The notes under the pieces were generated by a model. That model was not told the DNA's origin. It did not search any database and worked only from the letters and a program-made list of their open reading frames with translations. DNA of 64,000 nt from Candidatus Omnitrophota bacterium. Its GTDB lineage: Bacteria; Omnitrophota; Omnitrophia; Omnitrophales; Aquincolibacteriaceae. The stretch's first letter is position 1. Every line of letters begins with the position of its first letter. The DNA is taken from positions 8,534-72,533 of the forward strand of contig JAFGHI010000047.1 in NCBI GenBank assembly GCA_016930235.1, read 5' to 3'. The position numbers and the translations under genes are program-made. Positions 52,483 through 63,497 of this stretch are shown here, one piece after another.

Positions 52483-55400
52483 ACTTTTAGTTTCTCCTTA
52501 GCCTTCTGTTTGCGCTCTTCATCTTTTTTGCTGTCCGCCTTTTCGCTAATATCTCCAAAAAGCTGCGCTTTCTCAGGGATAATATCTAACCCCAGTGATT
52601 GTAATTCTTTGACCAAAACGTTGAAGGATTCTGGCGTTCCTGCATGCAATGCCGGCTCCCCTTTAACAATTGCTTCATAAACGCGTGTTCTCCCAACCAC
52701 ATCATCACTTTTAACTGTCAGAAGCTCTTGAAGGGTGAAAGCAGCGCCGTACGCTTCAAGCGCCCATACTTCCATTTCCCCAAAACGCTGGCCGCCAAAT
52801 TGAGCCTTACCCCCAAGCGGCTGCTGCGTAACTAATGAGTAAGGGCCTATGGAACGCGCATGAATCTTGTCATCCGCTAAATGAGCAAGCTTCATCATGT
52901 AGATATAACCAACGGTCACTTGTTCATCAAAAGGTTCCCCAGTGCGCCCGTCATGAAGGATGGTTTTCCCATCTGTAGGTAATTTGGCTTCCTTCAACAT
53001 ACTCTTGATTTCATTTTCTGTGGCACCGCTAAAGACAGGCGTCATCATTTTGATCCCTAAAACTTTGGCCGCCCAACCAAGATGCGTTTCGAGAATTTGC
53101 CCAACGTTCATACGCGAAGGCACACCCAATGGATTGAGGATAATTTCAACGGGAGTTCCATCCGGCAAATAGGGCATATCTTCTTCAGGCAAAATTTTGG
53201 CAATAACTCCCTTGTTCCCGTGCCGTCCAGCCATCTTGTCTCCGACAGAAACTTTTCTTTTGGAGCAAACATAAACCACCACCCGCTTAATCACGCCCGG
53301 CGGAAGCTCATCTCCTTTTTTGACACGGTCAATTTCCCGAGCTCTCTCGCCAATCAGCTCATCAATTTCATCTCCCCAGACGTTGGCGATTTTACGAATG
53401 CTTTCTTCTAACTCTGGGTCATCATCAATTCGAATGGATTCCCAATCACAATTCTCAAGTTTTTTAAGATCACTCTTTTCCACGACGCGCCCTGCTTTAA
53501 TTAAGAGTTCTCCTAAAATGTCATCGACCAAATCCTCGGACAATCTCTTGCCGATAATCATAGAAGAAATCTTATTGAGCCGCTCTTTCTTGAGAGCATC
53601 GATCCTTTCCTGATACTGCACTTTAATTTCTTCAATATCTTTGTTTTCCTGCCGGCGCTCTTCACGAGTTTTAGCGCGAGATTCTTTTCTCTCAAAAACT
53701 TTGACGTCAACGACAATTCCTTCCACGCCGGGAGGAACCGTTAATGATGCATCACGAACGTCACCTGCCTTTTCACCAAAGATCGCCCTTAAAAGTTTTT
53801 CCTCCGGAGAGAGCTCTGTTTCAGACTTTGGCGTAATCTTACCAACTAAAATATCACCAGGGCCAACCTCCGCCCCGATTCGAATAACCCCCTCACCATC
53901 CAAGTCTTTAAGCGCTTCTTCGCTCACATTGGGAATATCTCGCGTAATTTCTTCATTCCCCAATTTAGTGTCGCGCGCCTCACATTCAAACTCTTCAACA
54001 TGGAGAGACGTGTAAACATCTTCTTTGCACAATCGTTCACTGATAATGATGGCATCTTCGAAGTTGTAGCCACGCCACGGCAAGAACGCCACAAGAACAT
54101 TATCCCCGAGAGCAAGCTCTCCCTCTTCTGTCGCAGCGCCATCTGCGATGACATCACCACGTTTTATTTTCTGTCCCACCGTAACAAGCGGTCTTTGATT
54201 AATACAAGTGCCCGCATTTGACCTTTCAAATTTTTTCAGTTTATAAACAAAGTCATCCACCACGATCTCATTAGCAGAAACAGATTTGACTGTCCCCCTT
54301 GCTTTGGAAACAATGGTTGCCCCGGAATCCTTCGCGACATGGCTTTCCATCCCAGTCCCAACTAAAGGTGAATGAGTAATGAGAAGCGGAACAGCTTGTC
54401 TTTGCATATTGGATCCCATAAGCGCACGGTTTGCGTCGTCATGTTCCAAGAACGGGATCAGTGAAGCGGCTACGCTCACCAGCTGACGCGGCGAAACGTC
54501 CATATAATCTATTTCTTCGGGTTTCTTCTTCGGAAAATCGCCTCGGAAACGACACGAAATAGAGTCGTGTAAAAAACGACCTTTGCTATCGACCGGCGCA
54601 TTTGCCTGGGCAATTACATATTTATCTTCTATATCGGCTGTTAAAAAATCGATTTTGTCGGTCACTCGGCCATTCTCAACCTTCCGATATGGGCTTTCTA
54701 AAAAGCCAATCGGATTGACCCGAGCAAAAGTACTTAAAGACGCAATTAATCCAATGTTCGGACCTTCCGGAGTCTCAATTGGACAAATACGTCCGTAATG
54801 AGAAGGATGAACGTCCCGAACTTCAAAACCCGCCCTCTCACGTGACAATCCACCCGGACCAAGAGCCGAGAGACGTCTTTTGTGAGTCAATTCTGAAAGT
54901 GGATTTGTTTGGTCCATAAATTGTGAGAGTTGGCTTCGACCGAAAAAGTCTTTAATTGCTGCAGAAATAAGTTTGGGATTAATCAAATTGTGCGGCATAG
55001 CGGCGTCAAGATCATAAATGGACATACGTTCGAGACAAGAACGTTTCATTCGTGCTAACCCCACGCGGAACTGATTCTGTAAAAGCTCCCCTACAGAACG
55101 AACGCGCCGGTTCCCTAAATGATCGATATCATCCACTCTTATCTCACCCGACCTAAGATGGAGGAGTTTTTGAATTACCTTCATGACATCTTCGCGCGAT
55201 AGAGTCGTGTCCTTCTTAACTTGCTCCAATCCGAGCTTTCTGTTTAACATAAAGCGGCCAACGTCACCCAAGTCATACCGTTGAGCATCGAAAAACAATT
55301 TATCAATCAAGTCCTGGGCACTTGCTTCTGTTGGAGGATCGCCCGGGCGAATTCGGCGGTAAATAGCTACCTGCGCATCCTGAGAATTTCGATAAGGATC

Positions 55401-56264
55401 TCTCTCAAGCGTATTAAAGACACAAAGATCTTCCTTTGAACACTTCACAATCGTTAACGAATTGACTTTGTTGGTCAGGAGAATATCTAACACTTCTTTT
55501 GTAAGTTTCGTCCCCCCTAAAGCTATCGGCTCCTTTGTTTCAGGATGGATCACATCATCAGCAAGATATTCACCCTCCAATTTTTTTGTTGTCGCTTTAT
55601 CAAGGTTTTTAATCTTCTCGATAGGATAAAGTTCTTTCAAAATATCGCAGGTAGTGGAATAACCGAGGGCACGCAACAGCGTCGTAGCTAAAATCTTACG
55701 GCGACGGTCAATGTAAGCAAACAGAACATCATTAATATCAGATTCAAACTCAATCCATGCCCCGCGGTAAGGGATAATTCTCACACTAAAGATTTTTTTA
55801 CCGCTTGGGTGTAACGATTCTTCAAGGGACACCCCGGGTGAACGATGGAGTTGGCTGACAACCACTCGCTCGGCCCCATTTATAATGAAGGTCCCAGTTT
55901 CAGTCATTAAGGGTAACTCGCCGATATAGACTTCTTGTTCTTTGGCTATACCTTTTCTGACTAAACGGAGCTTTACCTTCAGCGGCGCCGCATAGGTCAT
56001 TCCCCTCTTATGGCATTCCGCAATCGAATATTTCGGCTTCCCCAAAGAATAGCCTACGTACTCGAGTTTGCATGATCCGTCAAAACTCTCGATTGGGAAA
56101 CAACTTTGAAAAGTAGCCTCCAAACCCTGAGATTTACGTGTACGTTTCCCGCTGTCTAACTGCAAGAAATCACGATACGATTTGACCTGAATCTCAACGA
56201 GATTCGGCAAATGCATTGTGTCATGAATCTTTGTGAAATTTTTGCGTTCCGTTGTCAGTACCAT
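52479..56264 (-). CDS. rpoB: RNA polymerase subunit beta
   Basis: [38 protein letters not shown]. Confidence 0.99.
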   Translation of the reverse strand: MVLTTERKNFTKIHDTMHLPNLVEIQVKSYRDFLQLDSGKRTRKSQGLEATFQSCFPIESFDGSCKLEYVGYSLGKPKYSIAECHKRGMTYAAPLKVKLRLVRKGIAKEQEVYIGELPLMTETGTFIINGAERVVVSQLHRSPGVSLEESLHPSGKKIFSVRIIPYRGAWIEFESDINDVLFAYIDRRRKILATTLLRALGYSTTCDILKELYPIEKIKNLDKATTKKLEGEYLADDVIHPETKEPIALGGTKLTKEVLDILLTNKVNSLTIVKCSKEDLCVFNTLERDPYRNSQDAQVAIYRRIRPGDPPTEASAQDLIDKLFFDAQRYDLGDVGRFMLNRKLGLEQVKKDTTLSREDVMKVIQKLLHLRSGEIRVDDIDHLGNRRVRSVGELLQNQFRVGLARMKRSCLERMSIYDLDAAMPHNLINPKLISAAIKDFFGRSQLSQFMDQTNPLSELTHKRRLSALGPGGLSRERAGFEVRDVHPSHYGRICPIETPEGPNIGLIASLSTFARVNPIGFLESPYRKVENGRVTDKIDFLTADIEDKYVIAQANAPVDSKGRFLHDSISCRFRGDFPKKKPEEIDYMDVSPRQLVSVAASLIPFLEHDDANRALMGSNMQRQAVPLLITHSPLVGTGMESHVAKDSGATIVSKARGTVKSVSANEIVVDDFVYKLKKFERSNAGTCINQRPLVTVGQKIKRGDVIADGAATEEGELALGDNVLVAFLPWRGYNFEDAIIISERLCKEDVYTSLHVEEFECEARDTKLGNEEITRDIPNVSEEALKDLDGEGVIRIGAEVGPGDILVGKITPKSETELSPEEKLLRAIFGEKAGDVRDASLTVPPGVEGIVVDVKVFERKESRAKTREERRQENKDIEEIKVQYQERIDALKKERLNKISSMIIGKRLSEDLVDDILGELLIKAGRVVEKSDLKKLENCDWESIRIDDDPELEESIRKIANVWGDEIDELIGERAREIDRVKKGDELPPGVIKRVVVYVCSKRKVSVGDKMAGRHGNKGVIAKILPEEDMPYLPDGTPVEIILNPLGVPSRMNVGQILETHLGWAAKVLGIKMMTPVFSGATENEIKSMLKEAKLPTDGKTILHDGRTGEPFDEQVTVGYIYMMKLAHLADDKIHARSIGPYSLVTQQPLGGKAQFGGQRFGEMEVWALEAYGAAFTLQELLTVKSDDVVGRTRVYEAIVKGEPALHAGTPESFNVLVKELQSLGLDIIPEKAQLFGDISEKADSKKDEERKQKAKEKLKV

Positions 56265-56443
56265 AAAGAGTTTGCCTCCAATGATCCTTTCTCTAGCTCA
56301 TTAGAATCAGGAGCATTCATTCGAGAAATTGTCATCTCGCCTTTGCCCCTGATTTTCCTACTCTTAGGATTCTTAAAAAACCAGGCCCCAACCTTCCTTG
56401 AGTCTTGCTGGATATCCCGCACAAGAATCAAGGTTAGGAGGTT

Positions 56444-56911
56444 CTACTTAATCTCGACTTTCGCTCCCTGCTCTTCGAGAACCTTCTTCATTTTTTCAGC
56501 CTCTTCCTTGGTAGCATCCTCTTTAACAGTCTTAGGAGCGCCTTCCACAAGGTCTTTGGCTTCTTTTAGTCCCAAATTCGTCAGCGCACGAATTTCCTTA
56601 ATGACTTGGATTTTCTTCGCACCTGAATTTGCAAGAATCACGGTAAAACTGGTCTTCTCTTCAGCTGCCTCTCCACCTCCAGCAGCCGCTACACCAGCAC
56701 CTGGAGCAGCAACAGCTACCGCAGCTGCAGCACTTACGCCAAATTTCTCTTCCAGAGCTTTGACCAAATCCGCAAGTTCAAGGACTGTAAGTTCCTCGAT
56801 AGATTTCAGGATAGCCTGTAACTTTTCAGACACGGCAATTCCCTCTTTCTTTGTTTCTTTTGATTCTGTGTTTTTTGTTTCGACGACTTCCGCCGCCTGT
56901 TCCGTCGACAT
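56444..56911 (-). CDS. rplL: 50S ribosomal protein L7/L12
   Basis: LTVLEL..LVK.LEEKFGV, Ala-rich hinge, GLKEAK.LVE; second in-frame start possible at GTG 56833. Confidence 0.98.
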   Translation of the reverse strand: MSTEQAAEVVETKNTESKETKKEGIAVSEKLQAILKSIEELTVLELADLVKALEEKFGVSAAAAVAVAAPGAGVAAAGGGEAAEEKTSFTVILANSGAKKIQVIKEIRALTNLGLKEAKDLVEGAPKTVKEDATKEEAEKMKKVLEEQGAKVEIK

Positions 56912-56933
56912 GATACTTCCTCCTATTACCGAA

Positions 56934-57467
56934 TTATGCCGTTTGTGGTTGTGATTCTTTTTTCTTTTTAATTTCGTTAATGGCGATCACGAGCCCACGA
57001 GTTAACTGACCTAGCGCCATCACAAACCCCGAAATCGGGGAATTGATCCGAACGACAACTTGAGTCAATAATTCTTCGCGGGACGGCAGTTTTGCCAATC
57101 GTTTAATAAAATTGACGTCATAAATCTTATTCTCAAAAATAACGCCAGCTGGGGCGAGCTTGTCATTTCCCTTATTGTAATCAACGATTTCTTTAGAAAT
57201 AATCTGTGGGTCTTTATCCCCAAAGGTAATCATTGCGGGTCCCTTCAATAGCTTATCCACATCGCCTAAATTTCTCTCGGTAAATATCTTCTTAATAAAA
57301 GCGTGTTTGGCGACAAATGAACGTTTTGCGACTTTAGCTATTTTTTGCCGGAAATCCGATAACTCAGAAACTTTCATTTTGTCAAAAATTGAAATAAAAA
57401 CATACGGATTTTCTCCAAATTCTTGACTCAATTCCTCCAACATCATCTTTTTGATTTCCGATGGCAT
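56934..57467 (-). CDS. rplJ: 50S ribosomal protein L10
   Basis: Located between rplA and rplL; [14 protein letters not shown]. Confidence 0.94.
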   Translation of the reverse strand: MPSEIKKMMLEELSQEFGENPYVFISIFDKMKVSELSDFRQKIAKVAKRSFVAKHAFIKKIFTERNLGDVDKLLKGPAMITFGDKDPQIISKEIVDYNKGNDKLAPAGVIFENKIYDVNFIKRLAKLPSREELLTQVVVRINSPISGFVMALGQLTRGLVIAINEIKKKKESQPQTA

Positions 57468-57477
57468 TTTAAACCTC

Positions 57478-58173
57478 TTACAACGTGTTAACGGCCAAAC
57501 GTATTCCTGGCCCTTGGGACGGGGCTATCGTAATTTTCCCCAGATAGTCACCTTTTGCTGTCGCTGGCTTAGCATCTCGAATAGCTTGCACAATTCGTCG
57601 AGCATTTTCCCGCAATTTCTCTTCCGAAAATGACAATTTGCCGCATGTAGCATGAACTCCCCCCGTTTTATCGCTTTTAAACTCAATCCGGCCCGCTTTG
57701 AGTTCCTTCACAGCTCGGCCAACATTGGGGGTTACTGTTCCTGCTTTCGGTGATGGCATAAGCCCTTTAGGCCCAAGGATGCGGCCCAACTTGCTAACTT
57801 CACGCATCATTTCAGGATGAGCCACAATCGCATCGAAATCAAGCCATCCCCCTTGAATCTTCTCGACTAAATCCTCGGCTCCTATAAAATCTGCACCTTC
57901 TAATTCAGCTTCCTTGGCTATTTCCCCTTTACACAAACAAACAACACGAATCGATTTTCCGCTCCCATGAGGCAAGTTAACTGTCCCTCTTACAGTTTCC
58001 GTACCAGAAGCAGTGTCAATGCCTAACTGGAAATTAACGGTAATCGTTTCGTCATATTTCTGATCCTTAATCTTCTTAATAATCTGAACAGCATCATCAA
58101 GAGAGTACCGTTTGTTCCGGTCTACTAACTTAGCTCTTTCTTGATATCTCTTACTTCTTTTCGGTGCAGGCAT
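57478..58173 (-). CDS. rplA: 50S ribosomal protein L1
   Basis: RGTV.LPHG.GK, LGP.GLMP.PK.GTV. Confidence 0.98.
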   Translation of the reverse strand: MPAPKRSKRYQERAKLVDRNKRYSLDDAVQIIKKIKDQKYDETITVNFQLGIDTASGTETVRGTVNLPHGSGKSIRVVCLCKGEIAKEAELEGADFIGAEDLVEKIQGGWLDFDAIVAHPEMMREVSKLGRILGPKGLMPSPKAGTVTPNVGRAVKELKAGRIEFKSDKTGGVHATCGKLSFSEEKLRENARRIVQAIRDAKPATAKGDYLGKITIAPSQGPGIRLAVNTL

Positions 58174-58176
58174 TAA

Positions 58177-58608
58177 TTATTTCTCCTCAACAACTTCAAT
58201 CCCCATGCTCCGGGCCGTGCCTTCAACAATTCGAACAGCGCTTTCTACTTTTGTTGTATTTAAATCCGACATTTTTTGCTTAGCAATTTCAAGAACTTCT
58301 TCTTTTGTCACTTTTCCGATACTGTGCTTTCCTGGTTCCGGTGAAGCCTTTGCTAATCCAGCTGCCTTCTTTAAAGCTGCCGAAACAGGCGGGGATTTAA
58401 CAATAAATGTGAACGAACGGTCTTTATAAACGGAAATGACAACCGGCAAAATTGTCCCCTGTTTTGTTTTCGATCGCTCATTGAACTGCTTACAAAATTC
58501 CATAATATTAACCCCATGCTGCCCAAGAGCGGGGCCTACAGGAGGCGCTGGATTCGCTTGTCCGCCTGTCACTTGCAACTTAATTTGCGTAACGAGTTCT
58601 TTTGCCAT
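58177..58608 (-). CDS. rplK: 50S ribosomal protein L11
   Basis: [30 protein letters not shown]. Confidence 0.99.
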   Translation of the reverse strand: MAKELVTQIKLQVTGGQANPAPPVGPALGQHGVNIMEFCKQFNERSKTKQGTILPVVISVYKDRSFTFIVKSPPVSAALKKAAGLAKASPEPGKHSIGKVTKEEVLEIAKQKMSDLNTTKVESAVRIVEGTARSMGIEVVEEK

Positions 58609-58626
58609 TTTTTTATTTTTATGCCT

Positions 58627-59160
58627 CTAAACTTTTTCGACTTGCCAATATTCAAGCTCAACCGGCGTTGAACGGCCAAAAATTGTTACCATCACTTTTA
58701 ACTTGCCCCGATCAGGGTTAACTTCTTCGATAGTGCCGTTAAAATTTGCAAACGCACCCTCTTTCACTCGAACGCTTTCGCCAGCTCCAAATTCCACCTT
58801 TGGCTTTGGTCTTGAGGTCTTTTCCTCTTGTTGCTGCAAGATTTGATCAACTTCAATTTCAGAAAGCGGAATAGGCGTTTTCCCTGACCCTACAAAACCG
58901 GAAATCCCAGGAGTATTTTTAACGAGGTACCAGCTATCATCTGTCATCTCCATTTGTACAAGAACATACCCCGGGAAAAATTTTCTCTCGGAAATCTTTT
59001 TTTTCCCCTCTTTAACTTCGCTAATTTTCTCAGTTGGAATAAGAACCTGATGGATATAGTCTTTCAGACCTGCTGTTTCGGCACGACTTAAAAGACTTGC
59101 CTTAACTTTCGCCTCAACGCCTGTCTGTGTGTGTACAACATACCACTTGGCTTTACTCAT
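58627..59160 (-). CDS. nusG: Transcription termination/antitermination factor NusG
   Basis: WYVVHT, FFPGYVL, KOW domain, IFGR.TPVEL. Confidence 0.98.
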   Translation of the reverse strand: MSKAKWYVVHTQTGVEAKVKASLLSRAETAGLKDYIHQVLIPTEKISEVKEGKKKISERKFFPGYVLVQMEMTDDSWYLVKNTPGISGFVGSGKTPIPLSEIEVDQILQQQEEKTSRPKPKVEFGAGESVRVKEGAFANFNGTIEEVNPDRGKLKVMVTIFGRSTPVELEYWQVEKV

Positions 59161-59165
59161 AAACT

Positions 59166-59351
59166 TTACCTGAGAACAATTCTCATAATCATCGAGAGAA
59201 TAAAATCAGCAACTCCTATAAAAAGAGCGACGATAAATGTCGTCACAATGACAACCAAGGTTGCCTGCCATAATTCGTTACGGCTTGGCCACGTGACTTT
59301 ATTTAATTCCTGTTTCGTTTCTGATATAAAATTTCCAATTTTCGTTAACAT
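59166..59351 (-). CDS. secE: Preprotein translocase SecE
   Basis: EL.KVTWP.R.E plus one TM helix; lies upstream of nusG. Confidence 0.96.
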   Translation of the reverse strand: MLTKIGNFISETKQELNKVTWPSRNELWQATLVVIVTTFIVALFIGVADFILSMIMRIVLR

Positions 59352-59363
59352 ATCTTATCAGTC

Positions 59364-59438
59364 CAGGCCTGGCAGGATTTGAACCTGCAACATGCGGTTT
59401 TGGAGACCGCCGCTCTAGCCAGTTGGAGCTACAGGCCT
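59364..59438 (-). tRNA. tRNA-Trp(CCA)
   Basis: AGGCCTG/CAGGCCT acceptor stem, GCGGT-CTCCAAA-ACCGC anticodon arm, GGTTCAAATCC. Confidence 0.96.
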
Positions 59439-59638
59439 CCGTCCTTTCGAACCATCATTTCATTTCCTCATAGATTGCGGCATTAGACAACAAACGCCTG
59501 CAATGGGATAGAAATTCCCTTCAATATTGCAATGCTTTTAATATTGGCCTTCAAATTGCAGGAGCTCTTATGGCGAAAATAAACCCCCTGCAATTAGATG
59601 TGTTTTCGCCGACTACGATGAGAGCTTTCGGAGATGAC

Positions 59639-60838
59639 TTATTCCAAAATCTCGCTCACGACTCCAGCGCCGACCGTCTTACCGCCTTCGCGAATGGCAA
59701 ACCGAAGTTCCTTCTCCATTGCAATAGGCGTAATCAACGCAGCCTCAATGGAGACGTTGTCTCCCGGCATCACCATCTCCGTCCCCTGTGGGAGTTGTAC
59801 TACACCCGTCACATCCGTTGTGCGGAAGTAAAATTGAGGACGGTAACCATTGAAGAATGGCGTATGTCTGCCACCTTCTTCCTTTGTTAAAATATAAACC
59901 TGCGCCTTAAATTTCTTATGGGGCGTAACTGAACCCGGTGCCGAAATAACCATTCCGCGCTCTAAGGTATCTTTATCTACACCACGTAAGAGCATGCCAA
60001 CATTATCGCCTGCTCTCGCATCATCTAATAATTTCCTAAACATTTCGATACCAGTCACAGTTGTCTTCATCGACTGATCACGAAGACCCACTATTTCAAC
60101 TTCTGCTCCAATCTTGATCTGGCCACGTTCGACACGGCCGGTTCCTACAGTTCCTCGACCAGAAATTGAAAAAACGTCTTCAACCGGCATCAAGAAGGGT
60201 TTATCAATATCACGCTTCGGTTCTGCTATATTTTCATCCAATGCTTTCACTAAATCTAGAATTGGCTGGGAAGCTGCAGCGTCGGCTGGATTTTCACAAG
60301 CTTTTAGCCCAGAACCACGAACGATCGGAATCGTATCGCCAGGAAATTCATATTTCTTAAGAAGGTCCCTTACTTCTAGCTCAACAAGATCAAGAAGTTC
60401 GGGATCATCAACAGCATCAACTTTATTAAGGAAAACTACGATTGAGGGAACACCAACCTGACGAGCAAGAAGAATATGTTCGCGCGTTTGGGGCATTGGA
60501 CCGTCAACCGCGGAAACAACGAGGATTGCTCCATCCATCTGGGCCGCACCGGTAATCATATTCTTAATATAATCGTGGTGCCCCGGACAATCCACATGGG
60601 CGTAATGCCGCTTGTCCGATTCATACTCAACGTGCGAAACAGCTATGGTCAATATTTTCGACTCGTCACGAACTGTTCCGCCCTTAGCAATTTCTGCGTA
60701 CTCTTTAATTGTTGCCATACCTTTTTGGGCGAGAACTTTTGTGATTGCAGATGTCAGGGTCGTTTTCCCATGATCCACATGACCAATCGTTCCAACGTTT
60801 ACGTGTGGCTTTGTCCTCTCGAATTTTTCCTTACCCAT
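59639..60838 (-). CDS. tuf: Elongation factor Tu
   Basis: [32 protein letters not shown]. Confidence 0.99.
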   Translation of the reverse strand: MGKEKFERTKPHVNVGTIGHVDHGKTTLTSAITKVLAQKGMATIKEYAEIAKGGTVRDESKILTIAVSHVEYESDKRHYAHVDCPGHHDYIKNMITGAAQMDGAILVVSAVDGPMPQTREHILLARQVGVPSIVVFLNKVDAVDDPELLDLVELEVRDLLKKYEFPGDTIPIVRGSGLKACENPADAAASQPILDLVKALDENIAEPKRDIDKPFLMPVEDVFSISGRGTVGTGRVERGQIKIGAEVEIVGLRDQSMKTTVTGIEMFRKLLDDARAGDNVGMLLRGVDKDTLERGMVISAPGSVTPHKKFKAQVYILTKEEGGRHTPFFNGYRPQFYFRTTDVTGVVQLPQGTEMVMPGDNVSIEAALITPIAMEKELRFAIREGGKTVGAGVVSEILE

Positions 60839-60882
60839 AATTATTTCTCCTTAAATTAGTTGCTCTGTTTAATTTTTTACCC

Positions 60883-60955
<73 letters not shown>

Positions 60956-61023
60956 AATTGTTTTGGTTTCCTTTGCTGAAGAAATTTCAAAATAAGACAG
61001 TCCTCTCGTAAGGTAAATGTTGG

Positions 61024-61051
61024 ATTATACTTCGGTATCCCGTCCTGTCAA
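61024..61051 (-). promoter_or_regulatory. Consensus sigma70 promoter for tRNA-Thr/tuf
   Basis: TTGACA-16 nt-TATAAT. Confidence 0.85.
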
Positions 61052-61267
61052 GCTTTTTTCAGCAAATGATAACAGGTGAGGGCTAATGCTTTTCTTTACA
61101 AAATTATTAAATTAACGGGTATGTATATCTAATATTATATATCTTATTTATTATGAATGGGTTACGTCATTCTCTATGTATATAATGACCTAGCAACCCA
61201 AAGGTGAGTAGATAGAATTATATTCAATAAATCATAACTTATTTCATAGAAACGGGTTATATCACAA

Positions 61268-61341
61268 TGGAGCGGGCAGCGGGAATCGAACCCGCATGAC
61301 CAGCTTGGAAGGCTGGGACTTTACCATTAAGCTATGCCCGC
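61268..61341 (-). tRNA. tRNA-Gly(UCC), CCA encoded
   Basis: GCGGGCA/TGCCCGC acceptor stem, CCAGC-CTTCCAA-GCTGG anticodon arm, ends TCCA. Confidence 0.97.
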
Positions 61342-61381
61342 ACCAATTCCAGGATGCACTCTTTCTAAATAGAGCGGGCTC

Positions 61382-61410
61382 ATTATAGGAGGGGCATATT
61401 CGACTGTCAA
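61382..61410 (-). promoter_or_regulatory. Consensus sigma70 promoter for tRNA-Gly, with GC-rich discriminator
   Basis: TTGACA-17 nt-TATAAT followed by GAGCCCGC. Confidence 0.88.
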
Positions 61411-61457
61411 TTAATTGATCGAATGACTGACATAAATTTCAAACAGCAATATCACAT

Positions 61458-62171
61458 CTAAACGTTTAGTTTATATTTTAGAGTCTCTTCCCTACTTCCA
61501 AGTTTCGCTTCGACTTTCCCTAAAATAAGCGCAAAAACATCTGGAGGTTCTATTAACCGAATATCACTAATGGCTTCCCAACCCAATATTTTCAACATTG
61601 TCTTTACGCTGGAGAGATCTTTATAAATCATCCTATCAGAACCTAAAGTGTATTGCCTTTTTAATGGAACTACTCTTGAAAAATCCGTATACGTAGCCTG
61701 AGATAATTTAAGCGTGAACCTGTCAATTTTTATCGGCCACGATTTCAATCCACTCCTGGTGAGTCGATTATTCTGCTCGATATCATCATCTTTTTTAAAG
61801 GGCCCTAACTCGAGCCAATTTTGCTTCCTTTCCGGGGATTGCACGACATGAATTTCTCGGCAGTCAACATCAACTTTTCTGAAATGCCATATTTTCTTTT
61901 TTAAAGATTGCGGATGTAAATCTAGAAATACTTTCGAGAATTTTAAAAGATGCCCTCGGCCAAATCCTTTGGGATGCATAATGCTGACATTATGAAAAGT
62001 GATCTGGGAATCCATGAAATTAACCTGGGCCGAACCAATCCCAACGCGAGCACCCATCTTATCGCCCAATATATCTGCCATTATTGAACTTACAGTGATA
62101 TTGATCGTTAGAATTACAACGCAAATAAGGACTACCAATATCAGGAAGGACCGAAAAAATATTTTTTTCAT
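61458..62171 (-). CDS. Membrane-anchored AsmA/DUF748-like hypothetical protein
   Basis: N-terminal TM followed by beta-strand-rich sequence (V.IG...I.HP.GF, IDRFTL); the family assignment is tentative. Confidence 0.65.
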   Translation of the reverse strand: MKKIFFRSFLILVVLICVVILTINITVSSIMADILGDKMGARVGIGSAQVNFMDSQITFHNVSIMHPKGFGRGHLLKFSKVFLDLHPQSLKKKIWHFRKVDVDCREIHVVQSPERKQNWLELGPFKKDDDIEQNNRLTRSGLKSWPIKIDRFTLKLSQATYTDFSRVVPLKRQYTLGSDRMIYKDLSSVKTMLKILGWEAISDIRLIEPPDVFALILGKVEAKLGSREETLKYKLNV

Positions 62172-62239
62172 ATGGAGCTCCCTTCATAATGCATTAACGG
62201 CAATTTCAAATAAGTATCCACTATAATGTGTGATAAAAT

Positions 62240-63118
62240 ATGCTAAAAAAGATGGGTAAACGCATCTTCGCAAACACAGTAGACTTAAATAATCTCGGCC
62301 GACATCTTAGGATAATTTCTCATCCAAGGAATCCATTTGAAAATTTGGATTCTCTTCTTTCAATACAACGCTACATTGAAAGCGAGCTCATCTCCTACGG
62401 TTATGAAATAGAACGCCATGAATTTTCGTTTGATGGAAATCTCTTTGAAAATATTGCCGGTTCGCGACGGAAAAATCGGCAAATGCCTTATCTTTTAATC
62501 GGCTCTCATTTTGATGCTGTCCCGCAAAGTCCCGGTGCCGACGATAATGCAAGCGCTGTGGCCGCATTCCTTGAAACCGCCAGAATACTATCTGAAAATG
62601 AATTGACAGAAAATATCGAATTCGTTGCATTCAATTTGGAAGAATATTCAATGATCGGCAGTAGTAGTTACGCTCGATACCTCAGGGAAAAAGAACAAAA
62701 ACTCCTTGGGATGATATCTCTTGAAATGATCGGCTATACGTCGTCGAAAAAAGGAAGCCAAAAATTACCTCTTGCTCTCCGTCCTTTTTATCCGGATGTG
62801 GGAGATTTTCTCGCCCTCGTTGGCGATGAGAATTCAAAAAATTTCCTTGCTAAAGCCGAAAAAGCTTTTAAAAAATCCGCTGGCCTTAAAGTTGAATGTT
62901 TGACAGTTCCCGTTAAGGGACGGCTTTTCCCCGAAACAAGATTGAGCGATCACTCCCCTTTTTGGGATGAAGGATTTCCAGCCCTTTTAGTCACAGATAC
63001 CTCCTTCTTCCGAAATCCGAACTACCACCGCCCCTCCGATACGATTGATACCCTTGACATGACTTTCCTGAGACGTGTCACAGAGGGCATTGTTCATCTT
63101 GCTATGGAATTTTCTTAA
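62240..63118 (+). CDS. M28 family metallopeptidase
   Basis: GSHFD, PGADDNAS, F.LEE, SLEMIG, SDH.PFW, YH...D. Confidence 0.92.
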   Translation: MLKKMGKRIFANTVDLNNLGRHLRIISHPRNPFENLDSLLSIQRYIESELISYGYEIERHEFSFDGNLFENIAGSRRKNRQMPYLLIGSHFDAVPQSPGADDNASAVAAFLETARILSENELTENIEFVAFNLEEYSMIGSSSYARYLREKEQKLLGMISLEMIGYTSSKKGSQKLPLALRPFYPDVGDFLALVGDENSKNFLAKAEKAFKKSAGLKVECLTVPVKGRLFPETRLSDHSPFWDEGFPALLVTDTSFFRNPNYHRPSDTIDTLDMTFLRRVTEGIVHLAMEFS

Positions 63119-63135
63119 CCTCAGCCTTTTTCTAA

Positions 63136-63164
63136 TTGACAACTAAATACTCTTTCTCGATAAT
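63136..63164 (+). promoter_or_regulatory. sigma70 promoter of the atp operon
   Basis: TTGACA-17 nt-GATAAT. Confidence 0.75.
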
Positions 63165-63236
63165 ACAGAATCAACATTTTTGTAACTGCTTGCTATATTT
63201 AAAGTTAAAATAGCAATGCTCATCTGTAGGTTCCTG

Positions 63237-63476
63237 GTGCCAGATCAGAAGAAAGAAGAGACTGTTCGTCTCCTTTGGATGCTCGGATTGGCCATGACCA
63301 TCCCCATGATTCTAGTAAGTGGCCCAATTGCGGGTTATTTCATTAGCATCGTATTGATTGATCAACTAAAGTTGCCTCCGGCTCTTACCCCCATTTTGAT
63401 GAGCTTGGGCTTAGCGGGATCAGCTTACCAAGCTTATCGATTGATCCGGAAAATGAACACAACAAAACAAAGATAA
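63237..63476 (+). CDS. AtpZ/AtpI-family two-TM protein
   Basis: IP...GP..GY..two TM helices immediately before atpB; start GTG 63237 (or ATG 63216). Confidence 0.8.
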   Translation: MPDQKKEETVRLLWMLGLAMTIPMILVSGPIAGYFISIVLIDQLKLPPALTPILMSLGLAGSAYQAYRLIRKMNTTKQR

Positions 63477-63497
63477 CGTTTCAATAGGAAGGAACAA

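Noticed and set aside
48056-56264. Streptomycin or rifampicin resistance substitutions in rpsL and rpoB
   Set aside because: The key motifs appear wild type (PKKPNS, RVKDL, SQFMDQ..HKRRLS)
161-60859. Numerous plus-strand ORFs (e.g. 4525-5103, 17023-17700, 49054-49500, 56211-56954)
   Set aside because: They are antisense shadows of conserved minus-strand genes, with no RBS or motifs
61060-61267. AT-rich spacer at the tRNA-Gly 3' end as an oriC or integrated element
   Set aside because: I saw no DnaA-box cluster, integrase or downstream duplication of the tRNA 3' end
61372-61379. 8-bp copy of the tRNA-Gly 3' end (GAGCGGGC)
   Set aside because: It is on the wrong side for an att site, is too short, and is explained as the GC-rich promoter discriminator
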